NCBI GenBank assembly: GCA_963833495.1 | Contig: CAWHYJ010000012.1 | Location: forward strand, 68,233-132,232 | Direction: 5' to 3' | Length of the DNA: 64,000 nt | Source: an uncultured Actinomycetota bacterium | GTDB taxonomy: Bacteria; Actinomycetota; Actinomycetes; Actinomycetales; Dermatophilaceae | Part shown: positions 21,875 to 31,021 of the stretch, in pieces | Layout of the letters: every line of letters starts with the position of its first letter | Position numbering within the stretch: position 1 is the stretch's first letter | Notes under the pieces: generated by a model | Told to the model about the DNA's origin: nothing | Database searches by the model: none | The model's input: the letters and a program-made list of their open reading frames with translations, nothing else | Translations under genes and position numbers: made by a program

Positions 21875-23809
21875 TCAGACGATCGTCACGGTGACGGTGC
21901 TGCCCTTGGGCGCGTCGCCTCCGGCGGGGTCCTGGAACCGCACCGTGCCGAAGAAGCCGCCGAACGCCTTCTCGACCTTGACCTTGAACCCGGCGGCCTG
22001 GAGCGCGGCGCGGGCCTGCTGCAGCTGCTGGCCGACCACGTTGGGCACGGCCACCAGCACCGGCCCCTTGGAGACCACGAGGGTGACCGTGTCGCCCCGG
22101 AAGGCGGTGCCGTCGCGCGGGCTCTGGCTGATCACCGCGCCCTTGGGCACGGTGTCGCTGTTCTGCTGCGCGGTGGCGTCGACCTCCAGCCCCAGGCCGC
22201 TCAGCTGGCGGGCGGCGCGGGTGGCGTCCTTGCCGGTGAGGTCGGGCACGTCGATCGGGTGGCGTCCCCGGCTCACGGTCAGCGCCACCGCGGTGCGCTT
22301 CTTCAGGCTCGCCCCGGGGCCAGGCTTGGCGGTGACCACCTGCCCCTCGGGAACCTTCTCGTCGTAGGCCTTGCTGACCTTGCCCACCTTGAGGTTGACG
22401 GCCTTGATGCGGGCCGTGGCCTCCGCGAGCGTCATGCCGACCACGGGCGGCACGGCATACCGCTCCGGGCCCCTGGACACCACGAGCGCCACGGCGGCCC
22501 CGCGACGCAGGGTGCTGCCCGGCCCGGGGTCGGCCGAGACCACCACGCCCGCAGGCACCGTCTCGCTGAAGGTCTGTGACACCTTGGCGTCGAGCGCGGC
22601 CTGGTGCACCGCGCTCACCGCCTCGGCCTGGCCGCGGCCCTGCACCGACGGCACGGTGGCCGTGGCGCCCGGTCCGAGCAGGAAGAACCACGCGGTCAGC
22701 GCGGCGACGAGCACGGATGCTGCGACGGCCGGCCACCAGCGGCGCCGGCCGCGGGGCGCGGTGCCGGCCACCACCCGACCCTCGATCGGTGGCGGTGGCA
22801 CGGTGATGGCCACCGTCTCGGAGCGTGGGCGGGTGGCCACCCCGCCGGCGGCTGCCGTGGATGCCGCGCCCACCCCCTGCACGGGGAAGGTGGCCGTCGA
22901 GGTCGGCTGGGCGGCGGCGACCGAGGCGGCCCGGCCGGCCGGCCGGGCGTCGAGCTCGTCGATGGACAGGGTGGCCCGGGCGTCACGCACCAGCTCGAGG
23001 AACTGGGCGGCGTCGGCAGGTCGCTCGTCGGGGTCGCGAGCGGTGGCCACGGCGACGAGCTCGTCGAGCTCGGGCGGGAGCCCGGCGACCCGGCTCGAGG
23101 GGGTTGGCACCCCACCGTGCACGTGCTGGTAGGCGACGTGGATGGCGGTGTCGCCGGTGAACGCCTTGGTGCCGGTGAGCATCTCGAAGAGCATCAGCCC
23201 GGCCGCGTAGACGTCGCTGCGCGCGTCGGCGATGCCGCGCTCGACCTGCTCGGGGGCGAGGTAGGCGACCGTGCCGAGCAGCACGCCCTGGGTGCTCGTG
23301 ACGGTCTGGCTGGTCACGGCGCGGGCCAGGCCGAAGTCGGCAACCTTGACCGTGCCGTTGTCGTTGAGGATGACGTTCTCGGGCTTGACGTCGCGGTGGA
23401 TGAGTCCTTTGGCGTGGGCCTCGGCGAGTGCCTGGAGCACCGGCTCGAGCACGTCGAGGGCGGCTCGGGGGGAGAGCAGCCCCTCGTCGCGCAGCACGTC
23501 GCGCAGGGTCTGGCCGGGCACGTACTCCATCACCAGGAAGATGCAGCCGTCGTCCTCGCCCTGGTCGTAGACCGCCACCACGTTGGGGTGCGACAGCGAC
23601 GCGCTCGAGCGGGCCTCGCGGCGGAAGCGGGTGACGAAGCTCTCGTCGTGCGTGAGGTGCTGGCGCATGACCTTGAGCGCGACCTCGCGGTCGAGCCGCT
23701 CGTCGAGGGCCAGGTAGACCGTCGCCATCCCCCCGTCGGCGATTCGACGGAGCACGCGGTAGCGCCCGTCGAGGGTGCGCCCGATGAGCGCGTCGCCGGT
23801 GGATGACAC
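21875..23809 (-). CDS. pknL: PASTA-domain Ser/Thr protein kinase
   Basis: [22 protein letters not shown] helix, four PASTA repeats; next to an Rv2175c homologue. Confidence 0.9.
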   Translation of the reverse strand: MSSTGDALIGRTLDGRYRVLRRIADGGMATVYLALDERLDREVALKVMRQHLTHDESFVTRFRREARSSASLSHPNVVAVYDQGEDDGCIFLVMEYVPGQTLRDVLRDEGLLSPRAALDVLEPVLQALAEAHAKGLIHRDVKPENVILNDNGTVKVADFGLARAVTSQTVTSTQGVLLGTVAYLAPEQVERGIADARSDVYAAGLMLFEMLTGTKAFTGDTAIHVAYQHVHGGVPTPSSRVAGLPPELDELVAVATARDPDERPADAAQFLELVRDARATLSIDELDARPAGRAASVAAAQPTSTATFPVQGVGAASTAAAGGVATRPRSETVAITVPPPPIEGRVVAGTAPRGRRRWWPAVAASVLVAALTAWFFLLGPGATATVPSVQGRGQAEAVSAVHQAALDAKVSQTFSETVPAGVVVSADPGPGSTLRRGAAVALVVSRGPERYAVPPVVGMTLAEATARIKAVNLKVGKVSKAYDEKVPEGQVVTAKPGPGASLKKRTAVALTVSRGRHPIDVPDLTGKDATRAARQLSGLGLEVDATAQQNSDTVPKGAVISQSPRDGTAFRGDTVTLVVSKGPVLVAVPNVVGQQLQQARAALQAAGFKVKVEKAFGGFFGTVRFQDPAGGDAPKGSTVTVTIV

Positions 23810-23860
23810 CGTAGGAGTGTACGTAGTTCCGGACACCGACCCGTCACCCAACGTCCGTGA

Positions 23861-24973
23861 TCACATGGTTGTGCGCAGGGCCATGACGTTGCGCACGTAC
23901 AGCTTGGTGTCGCTGTACATGCCGTGCTTCTGCAGCGCGCCCAGCCCCTGGTAGTAGGCCGCGACGGTCTTCTCCATGCTGTTGGTGGAGCGGCCCAGCG
24001 AGCGCAGCATGACCACTCCGGCGGTGATGTTGTCGCTGGTCTTGAGCAGGTCGAGCCGGCGCCCGACCAAGCCCGACGCCCACTGGCCGCCCTGGGGGAT
24101 CACCTGCATGACGCCTACCGCGTTGGCGGGGGAGACGGCCCGCTGGTTCCAGCCCGACTCCTGGTAGGCGATGGCCAGCGCCAAGCGGGTGTCGACTCCC
24201 TGCTGGCGGGCGATCCGCACGATCATCGCCTTGGTCTCGCTGCGGCTCGGCACCGAGCGGCGGGCCAGGATCGCCCGGTTGCGGGCAGCCGCCTCGGCGA
24301 TGGCCCGGGGGTACGTACGGCCGGCGAACGTGTCGGGTACCGCGCTGCCCGATCCCGACCTGGCCTTGCCCGGCACGCGCAGCGCCTGGCCGGGGTAGAT
24401 CAGGGCGCGGCTGGAGATCTTGCTGGCGCGGGCGATCGCACCGATCGTCGTGTGGTGGCGGGCGGCGATCGAGCTCAGCGTGTCGCCGGCCCGCACCCGG
24501 TAGGTCGTAGTGGTGGAGGGTCGGCTGCGAGGGGCGGCGGCCTTGCCGGCGGCGGCCCGCACGACGATCCGCTGGCCGGGCTGGATGAACGAGCGGCCCG
24601 AGAGGTGGTTCGCCTTGAGCAGCGAGGCCAACGGCACCCGGAAGCGGGTCGCGATGCCGCTGAGCGTGTCACCGCTGCGCACGACGTAGACCCGCGAGGT
24701 GGCGCCGGGCCGCGGGGCGGCCTTCGCCGGGGCCGAGGTGCGTGGCACGCGCAGGACGGTGCCGACCATGAGGGCGCGGGGGTTGCGGATCGAGTTGCGG
24801 GTCGCGATGGCGCCCACCGTCGTGCGGAACCGGGCGGCGATGCCGACGAGCGTGTCGCCCGGGCGAACGCGGTAGGTCGTCCACCCGTGCGGGGCCGGGT
24901 TGGCCGCCGCCACGTGGGCTGCGGGCAGGAGGGCGGCGGGGGGGACCGTAGCGGGTGGGGCGGAGATGACCAT
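23861..24973 (-). CDS. LysM-repeat (x3) lytic transglycosylase
   Basis: Three YxVxxGDTL LysM repeats; SLT motifs QESGW, AVGVMQ, AAYYQG; start uncertain by a few codons. Confidence 0.88.
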   Translation of the reverse strand: MVISAPPATVPPAALLPAAHVAAANPAPHGWTTYRVRPGDTLVGIAARFRTTVGAIATRNSIRNPRALMVGTVLRVPRTSAPAKAAPRPGATSRVYVVRSGDTLSGIATRFRVPLASLLKANHLSGRSFIQPGQRIVVRAAAGKAAAPRSRPSTTTTYRVRAGDTLSSIAARHHTTIGAIARASKISSRALIYPGQALRVPGKARSGSGSAVPDTFAGRTYPRAIAEAAARNRAILARRSVPSRSETKAMIVRIARQQGVDTRLALAIAYQESGWNQRAVSPANAVGVMQVIPQGGQWASGLVGRRLDLLKTSDNITAGVVMLRSLGRSTNSMEKTVAAYYQGLGALQKHGMYSDTKLYVRNVMALRTTM

Positions 24974-25000
24974 GACCTGTCCTTGGCTCGGCACCAATGT

Positions 25001-25063
25001 GTGACAACCGTGACGGATGTGGTTGCCGTGTCTGTTGGGACACACGGTACCGGAGTGACTCGG
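25001..25063. promoter_or_regulatory. seven 9-bp-phased degenerate direct repeats (GTGAC-N4)
   Basis: GTGACAACC GTGACGGAT GTGGTTGCC GTGTCTGTT GGGACACAC GGTACCGGA GTGACTCGG. Confidence 0.5.
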
Positions 25064-25228
25064 CTCCGGCCCGTTGTCCCGGCCGGCGGACCCGGATGTG
25101 TTCACCGAGAACGCGGTGGCCTTGGTCACCCGGCGCGCTGGCACGGCATCCGCGGGCGACCTGCCCGCGACCCGGCACCCGGGCGGGCGCAGGCCGCCAC
25201 GGCGCCCGGCTGTGGCACCCTGTGCACC

Positions 25229-25624
25229 GTGAGCGACGCACCGCAGGATGCCGGAACCGAGCCCGTGGACGACCTCGAGGCCCTGGTGGGCTCCTGGCTG
25301 ACCATCCCCGACATCGCGGAGCGGCTGGGCCTGCCGTTGTCGTCGGTGCGCAAGCTCGTCGAGGACCGCGAGCTGCTCGCCCACCGGGTGGGGGAGCGCC
25401 GGGTGGTCGCGGTGCCGGCCGGCTTCGTCGACGAGCACGGCCCGCTGCACGCCCTCAAGGGCACCTTCACCGTGCTGGCCGACGGCGGGATGTCCGACAC
25501 CGAGATCCTGCGCTGGCTGCACACCGTCGACGAGACGCTGCCGGTGGCGGGCTCCCCGCTCGACGCCATCCGGGCCGGTTTCAAGACCGAGGTGCGGCGC
25601 CGCGCCATGGAGCTGGCCTTCTAG
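25229..25624 (+). CDS. Rv2175c-family DNA-binding protein
   Basis: WLTIPDIAERLG HTH; LKGTFTVLADGG..EILRWL; EVRRRAMELAF. Confidence 0.88.
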   Translation: MSDAPQDAGTEPVDDLEALVGSWLTIPDIAERLGLPLSSVRKLVEDRELLAHRVGERRVVAVPAGFVDEHGPLHALKGTFTVLADGGMSDTEILRWLHTVDETLPVAGSPLDAIRAGFKTEVRRRAMELAF

Positions 25625-25630
25625 CTCCCG

Positions 25631-26716
25631 TCAGGAAGAGCGGGCCGTCGCGATGCCGACCAGGTCGAGCAGGGCCGACCGTGCAGCGTCGTCGACCGAG
25701 GTGGCGCCGTCGAGCGCTGCCCGGGCCGAGGTCGCGAGGCCCTCGATCTCGCCCTCGAGGCGGGTGACCGCCCCCGAGCCGGCGATGACGGCGCGCAGCT
25801 CCTCGACCTGGCCCGCGTCGAGGTCGGGGCGTCCGAGCAGTGCGTCGACCCGGGCCCGGCCGGAGTCGTCGGTGCCGGCCAGGGCGTGGGCCAGCAGCAC
25901 GGTGCGCTTTCCCTCGCGCAGGTCGTCGCCGGCCGGCTTGCCGGTCTCCTCGGGGTCGCCGAAGACGCCGAGCAGGTCGTCGCGCAGCTGGAAGGCCCGA
26001 CCGAGGTCCAGGCCGTAGCGTGAGAGGGCCTCGAGCCCGGCGGTGTCGAGCCCGCCGGTGGTGGCGCCGATGAGCAGCGGGTGCTCGACGGTGTACTTGG
26101 CGCTCTTGTAGCGGATCACCCGACCGGCCCGCTCGACCCGCTCGTCGTCGGCCAGGCCCTCCCACGGCCGCATCGACTCGACGACGTCGAGGAACTGGCC
26201 GGCCATCAGCTGGGTGCGCATGAGGTCGAACAGACGACGACCGCGCTCGAGGTCGGCCTCGGGCAGGCCGCAGGTGGCGTAGACGGCGTCGGTCCAGGTC
26301 AGGCACAGGTTGCCGGCGAGCACGGCACCCGCGAGCCCGAACCGGTCCTGGTCACCCGCCCAGCCCCGCGCGCTGTGGCGGGTCGCGAGGGCACGGTGCG
26401 CGGCCGGCATCCCCCGGCGGGTGTCGGAGTCGTCCATGACGTCGTCGTGGATGAGCGCGGCCGCCTGGAACAGCTCCATCGCGCTCGCCAGCCGCACCAG
26501 CGCGTCGGAGTCGGACCGGCCCGCGGCTCGGTGCCCCCAGTAGAGGAAGGCGGCGCGCAGCCGCTTCCCACCGCGCAGCAGGTCGGCGACCGCCGTGAGC
26601 AGGTCGTCGACGTCGGGGCCCAGCTCGGCGAGCACTGCGGCCTGGGTGGCCAGCTCGGCGTCGAGGCACTCCTGCACGCGGCGTCGCAGGTCGACGCCGT
26701 CGAGCGGGCTGGGCAC
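25631..26716 (-). CDS. polyprenyl diphosphate synthase (IdsA2-like)
   Basis: GGKRLR, IHDDVMD, RRG, FQLRDD, DDLREGK. Confidence 0.92.
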   Translation of the reverse strand: MPSPLDGVDLRRRVQECLDAELATQAAVLAELGPDVDDLLTAVADLLRGGKRLRAAFLYWGHRAAGRSDSDALVRLASAMELFQAAALIHDDVMDDSDTRRGMPAAHRALATRHSARGWAGDQDRFGLAGAVLAGNLCLTWTDAVYATCGLPEADLERGRRLFDLMRTQLMAGQFLDVVESMRPWEGLADDERVERAGRVIRYKSAKYTVEHPLLIGATTGGLDTAGLEALSRYGLDLGRAFQLRDDLLGVFGDPEETGKPAGDDLREGKRTVLLAHALAGTDDSGRARVDALLGRPDLDAGQVEELRAVIAGSGAVTRLEGEIEGLATSARAALDGATSVDDAARSALLDLVGIATARSS

Positions 26717-26807
26717 GGGAGACCTCCTGCCACGTCCCGCGGGCAGCGGGGGTCGAATGGTGGGTGCCCAGAGCCTACGGCGTGTGGGCTGGGTTACCCT
26801 CACCGCC

Positions 26808-27713
26808 ATGGCGCACCACGGCGGAGGGGGACGGCCCGAGCACCTCGTCAGGTCCATCCCTGGCGTCCTGGCGCAGGACAAGCCATCGATCAGCTTCGAG
26901 TTCTTCCCGCCCAAGGACGACGAGTCCGAGGCGGCGCTCTGGCTCGCGATCCGGCAGCTCGAGCGGGTGCACCCCGCGTTCGTGTCGGTCACCTACGGCG
27001 CCGGTGGCACCACCCAGGACCGCACCGTGCGGGTCACGAAGCGGATCGCCGACGAGACCTCGCTCACCCCGCTCGCGCACCTGACGTGCGTCGGTGCCTC
27101 GGTGCACCAGGTGCGCCAGGTGGTGGGCCAGTACGCCGCGTCCGGGGTGCGCAACATCCTCGCCCTGCGCGGGGACCCGCCCGGCAACGTGCGCGGGCAG
27201 TGGACCCCGCACCCCGAAGGGCTCGACCACGCCGACCAGCTCGTCGCACTGATCCGCACGCTGGGCGACTTCACGGTCGGGGTCGCCGCCTTCCCGGACG
27301 TGCACCCCGACAGCCCCGGCCTCGACCACGACGTCGAGGTGCTGGTGCGCAAGGCGGATGCCGGGGCGAGCTTCGCCATCAGCCAGATGGTCTTCGACGC
27401 CGACAGCTACCTGCGGTTGCGCGACCGCGTGGCGGCACGGCGCGCGCTGCCGATCACCCCGGGCCTGATGCCGGTGACCAACGTCAAGCAGATCACCCGG
27501 ATGTCCGAGCTGATGGGCACCCCGCTGCCGCCGGCGGTCGTCGCACGCCTCGAGGCCGTCAAGGACGACCCGGCGGCGGTGCGGGCGGTCGGGGTGCAGA
27601 TCGCGACCGAGCTGGGGCAGCGGATGCTCGACGAGGGGGCGCCCGGCATCCACTTCATCACCATGAACCGGTCGACGGCCACGCTCGAGGTGTTCGAGAA
27701 CCTCTCGCTCTGA
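26808..27713 (+). CDS. metF: 5,10-methylenetetrahydrofolate reductase
   Basis: SFEFFPPK, SVTYGAGG, AHLTC, LALRGDPP, HFITMN. Confidence 0.93.
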   Translation: MAHHGGGGRPEHLVRSIPGVLAQDKPSISFEFFPPKDDESEAALWLAIRQLERVHPAFVSVTYGAGGTTQDRTVRVTKRIADETSLTPLAHLTCVGASVHQVRQVVGQYAASGVRNILALRGDPPGNVRGQWTPHPEGLDHADQLVALIRTLGDFTVGVAAFPDVHPDSPGLDHDVEVLVRKADAGASFAISQMVFDADSYLRLRDRVAARRALPITPGLMPVTNVKQITRMSELMGTPLPPAVVARLEAVKDDPAAVRAVGVQIATELGQRMLDEGAPGIHFITMNRSTATLEVFENLSL

Positions 27714-27736
27714 CCCGGCCGCCGACCGGTGCGGCG

Positions 27737-28393
27737 TCAGCGGCGCCAGAAGAGGTGGTGGACCACGCCGGTCGGGCTGGGGACCCGCTCGTGGTGGAAG
27801 CGGTCGAGCAGCTCGTCGGGGGAGTCCCACAGCTTGCCGCCACGGCCGATCTCGACGGGGGCCACGGCGACGTGCAGGGTGTCGACGAGGTCGGCATCGA
27901 GGAACTCGCGGACCGTCGACACGCCACCACCGAGGCGCACGTCCTTGCCGTCGGCGGCCGCCCTGGCCTGCCGCAGCGCCTCGTGCGGGTCGGCGTCGAT
28001 GAAGTGGAAGGTGGTGTCGGACAGCGAGATCGAGGGTCGGACGTGGTGGGTCAGCACGAATACCGGGGTGTGGAACGGCGGCTCGTCACCCCACCACCCC
28101 TGCCACTCCAGGTCCTCCCACGGGCCCTGCTGGGGGCCGAACTTGCCGCGGCCCATGATCTCGGCGCCGATGTTGTGGCTGAAGTCGCGGGTGAAGTAGT
28201 CGTCGAGCCCGCGGGATCCGCCCGGGTCGGTGCGGTTGGGCCAGCTCGCCGTGGCGCCCGCCCACGCGGCGAGCTGCGAGGGGTCGGCGTGGCCGAAGGG
28301 CCGCTCGAAGCTCTGGCCCACGCCGGTGCCGTAGCCGTCGGTGGAGAGCATGAAGTTCTGCACGCGCAGCAGCTGCTCGCGAGGGGCGCTCAT
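27737..28393 (-). CDS. dihydrofolate reductase/RibD C-terminal family protein
   Basis: STDGYG, IMGR, PPFHTPVFVLTH, DVRLGGG. Confidence 0.88.
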   Translation of the reverse strand: MSAPREQLLRVQNFMLSTDGYGTGVGQSFERPFGHADPSQLAAWAGATASWPNRTDPGGSRGLDDYFTRDFSHNIGAEIMGRGKFGPQQGPWEDLEWQGWWGDEPPFHTPVFVLTHHVRPSISLSDTTFHFIDADPHEALRQARAAADGKDVRLGGGVSTVREFLDADLVDTLHVAVAPVEIGRGGKLWDSPDELLDRFHHERVPSPTGVVHHLFWRR

Positions 28394-28929
28394 GACACGG
28401 CCACCGGTGCGGCGAGCCCGAGACCGGCGTAGTGGGCCTGGGTCGCGGCGAAGGCGTCCCAGTCCCACGGCGCGGGCCGCCCGGCGAGGCACGGCTCCAG
28501 CCGGTCGAGGGAGGTCTGCAGCCCGACGAGGTAGCAGTTGTCGACGGCCTCCTGCACGTCCGGGACGACGTGGCTGAGCCGCAGGATGCATCCGGTGCCG
28601 GCGGCCTCGAGCTCCCAGCGCATGCGCGACCCCGGCGCGGGATGGGTGTGCTCGAGCAGCACCGGCGGCTCGAGGCGCAGGATCGTGCAGGTCAGGCTGA
28701 CCGGCTCGCCGTCGCCCCGGCCGGCGAAGACCATCTCGCCGCCCTCGCGCAGGTCGACGGTGATGTCGGCGTCGAACGGCAGCCACCAGTCGGCCAGCCG
28801 GGCCGGGGAGGTGATGGCGTCCCACACGTCGTGGACGTCATAGGCGAGGTGCCGTTCGAAGCGGATGACGCCGCCGGCTGCTGTGCGCTCGAGCAGGCCG
28901 TCGTAGCGGGTGGTGAGGTCGTCGGTCAC
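28390..28929 (-). CDS. SRPBCC (AHSA1-like) protein
   Basis: FERHL...VWDAIT.P.RLA.W, DLREGG; 4-bp overlaps with neighbours. Confidence 0.82.
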   Translation of the reverse strand: MTDDLTTRYDGLLERTAAGGVIRFERHLAYDVHDVWDAITSPARLADWWLPFDADITVDLREGGEMVFAGRGDGEPVSLTCTILRLEPPVLLEHTHPAPGSRMRWELEAAGTGCILRLSHVVPDVQEAVDNCYLVGLQTSLDRLEPCLAGRPAPWDWDAFAATQAHYAGLGLAAPVAVS

Positions 28930-29267
28930 GGGGATCGCTCCTTCAGGGGGGTCGGACGGGTGGTGCGCTCGAGGTGGCGCTCGAGGGAGTCCAGGCGGCC
29001 GGCCAGCTCTGCGCGGTAGGGCTCGAGCCATGCGTCGAGGTCGCGCAGCGGCTCGGCGCGCAGCCGGTAGAGGCGGCGCTGGGCGTCGCGGCGGACCTCG
29101 ACCAGGCCGGCCTCGCGCAGCACCCGCAGGTGCCGGGACACCCCCGGCTGGTGCATGCCGACGGCGTCGACGAGCTCGCTCACCGAACGCTCACCACCGC
29201 GCACGGCATCGAGGATGCGGCGGCGGGTCGGGTCGGTGATCGCCTCGAGGACGGCGCGCTGGGGCAT
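28926..29267 (-). CDS. ArsR/SmtB family regulator
   Basis: DPTRRRIL, QPGVSRHLRVLREAGLV. Confidence 0.9.
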   Translation of the reverse strand: MPQRAVLEAITDPTRRRILDAVRGGERSVSELVDAVGMHQPGVSRHLRVLREAGLVEVRRDAQRRLYRLRAEPLRDLDAWLEPYRAELAGRLDSLERHLERTTRPTPLKERSP

Positions 29268-29289
29268 CCCGCCAACGTACGCGACCGCA

Positions 29290-29313
29290 TATATATGTGC
29301 AAGCGCATGTGCA
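29290..29313. promoter_or_regulatory. candidate ArsR operator
   Basis: AT-rich imperfect inverted repeat TATATGTGC-AA-GCGCATGTG just upstream of the ArsR start. Confidence 0.4.
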
Positions 29314-29316
29314 GGT

Positions 29317-29574
29317 TCAGTCGGGGGGTTCCGGGGCCGCGCCGCTCGGCGCGCTCGGCGTCACCGAGATGAGCGTGACGCCGAGGTCGCGCACCCGGGT
29401 GAGGATGCCGTGCAGCGCGGCCTGGTCGGCGACGGCGCCGGTGAGGATCGTTGTCCCGTCCGCGTCGTGGGCCAGGGTGAGGCCGTCGAAGTGCGCCGAC
29501 CAGTGGGGGTCGAGGTGGCCGCTGACGCGCACCACGTAGCCGGCCGGGGCGGGGTGGGGCGCCAGGGCGTTCAC
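29317..29574 (-). CDS. small conserved hypothetical protein
   Basis: YVVRVSGHL...W..FDG...DQAALHG.L..VRDLG; GTG overlaps upstream stop. Confidence 0.72.
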   Translation of the reverse strand: MNALAPHPAPAGYVVRVSGHLDPHWSAHFDGLTLAHDADGTTILTGAVADQAALHGILTRVRDLGVTLISVTPSAPSGAAPEPPD

Positions 29575-30257
29575 GGTGCGCCCACCGGGAGCAGCCGCAC
29601 CGGTGGCCGCCGTCCGGCGGCGCGGCGGATGACCGCCTCGGCGATGGCGAGGTTGACCAGCCAGGCGACGCCCAGGCTGAGGTCCTTGGCCAGCACGCCG
29701 GGGCCGAGCACCGCCGGTCCCACCGCCAGGGTGAACGTCTGGGTGCCCGCGGCCAGGGCGATGGCGTAGCCGCGCGTCATCCATGCCTGGTGGGCGCTCA
29801 CCTCACCGCGACGGATCGCTGAGACGCCGAGCACCAGGCACCCGGCGAGGGCCGAGCCGAAGACGAGCCGCAGCAGGTAGGCCAGCTCGCCGGTCCCGGG
29901 CTGGCGGGCGTAGAAGGCGGTCATCCACAGGCCGGAGAAGGCGACGGCGAGCCCGAGGGCCACGACGACCCGCCCGGTGCGCCGGTGCCAGCGCAGGTGC
30001 CGCCTGCGAAACCGGGAGGAGAACTGGAAGGCGCCCAGCACGGCATACGGCACGGCGCAGGCGATGTGCACGACCACCGGCAGCGGCGACGCCGTCATCC
30101 GCGGGTTGGCGGGGAGGAGCAATGGGCCGCCGGCCAGCTCGACGATGCGTAGCGTCCCGGCGGCAGCCGGGATGGCCACGAGCGCGACGAGGGCGAACGG
30201 CACCCACCCGGTCGGTCGCGCCGACCGGGTGGGGCGTGCTGCGGCGTTGAGGGTCAC
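29571..30257 (-). CDS. DUF2306-like membrane protein
   Basis: VHI...GAFQF...WHRRTGR...HQAWMTRGYA. Confidence 0.8.
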   Translation of the reverse strand: MTLNAAARPTRSARPTGWVPFALVALVAIPAAAGTLRIVELAGGPLLLPANPRMTASPLPVVVHIACAVPYAVLGAFQFSSRFRRRHLRWHRRTGRVVVALGLAVAFSGLWMTAFYARQPGTGELAYLLRLVFGSALAGCLVLGVSAIRRGEVSAHQAWMTRGYAIALAAGTQTFTLAVGPAVLGPGVLAKDLSLGVAWLVNLAIAEAVIRRAAGRRPPVRLLPVGAP

Positions 30258-30943
30258 TTGGCACCGGCCGGGTCGAGCTGCGCACCTGCACTGCTCATCG
30301 TGGGTTCCGCTGTCGCAGAGCGCGTCTCGCGCCACAACGAGACACCCAGGCCGATCAGGGCGATGCCGTTGGGCACGGCGAACAACCGCTGGTTGACCAT
30401 CGGCAGCAGCGGGATGGCCATCGTCGCGACGGCGGCGACCGCGAGCAGGGCGCAGGCCCAGCGGGCCAGGACCCCGGCTCGGAACAGGGCGACGCCGAAG
30501 ATCAGCCCACCGAGCAGGTAGCCCGCGGCGACGGCCAGGTTGAGCGTGGTGAACGACCCGAGGTCGGCGCTCGAGCTGCTGTTGGTGGCCACGGCGATCA
30601 CGCCGCCGACGTAGTCGGGTGAGCTCGTCGCGATGGTCGGCACGACCACCAGGGCGATCATCTCGACGCACAGCATCATCAGGTAGCCCAGGCTGAACAA
30701 CAGCCAGCCCACCAGTCCGAGCACGCCCATCCGGCGCACCTGGCTGAGGTACATCCCGGCGATGCCGGCCAGCGCCAGCACCGACATCGACACCTTCATG
30801 CACTGGCGCACCGTCCACTGCGCGCCCTGGACGAAGTCGAGGGTGATCTCCGGGTGCTTCACCTGCACGGCGACGAACAGCCCACCGGCGGCGACGGCGG
30901 CCAGGCCGGCCGCCCGGGTGAGCTTCGTGGTGGTGATCTGCAT
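30254..30943 (-). CDS. hypothetical membrane protein
   Basis: 229 aa, about six TM helices, FGVALFRAGVL..W. Confidence 0.75.
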   Translation of the reverse strand: MQITTTKLTRAAGLAAVAAGGLFVAVQVKHPEITLDFVQGAQWTVRQCMKVSMSVLALAGIAGMYLSQVRRMGVLGLVGWLLFSLGYLMMLCVEMIALVVVPTIATSSPDYVGGVIAVATNSSSSADLGSFTTLNLAVAAGYLLGGLIFGVALFRAGVLARWACALLAVAAVATMAIPLLPMVNQRLFAVPNGIALIGLGVSLWRETRSATAEPTMSSAGAQLDPAGAK

Positions 30944-31021
30944 GACGGCCTCCGAGGCTGGTGTCCACGACCGGTGCCGCGGGACTGGTCCGAACCTACG
31001 AACGGCCGGGGTGCGCCGGCA

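Noticed and set aside
24975-25228. c-di-AMP (ydaO) riboswitch upstream of the LysM hydrolase
   Set aside because: Expected conserved blocks (GCCGAATCC, GGGGTGAA, GTCAGCTAAC) were not seen.
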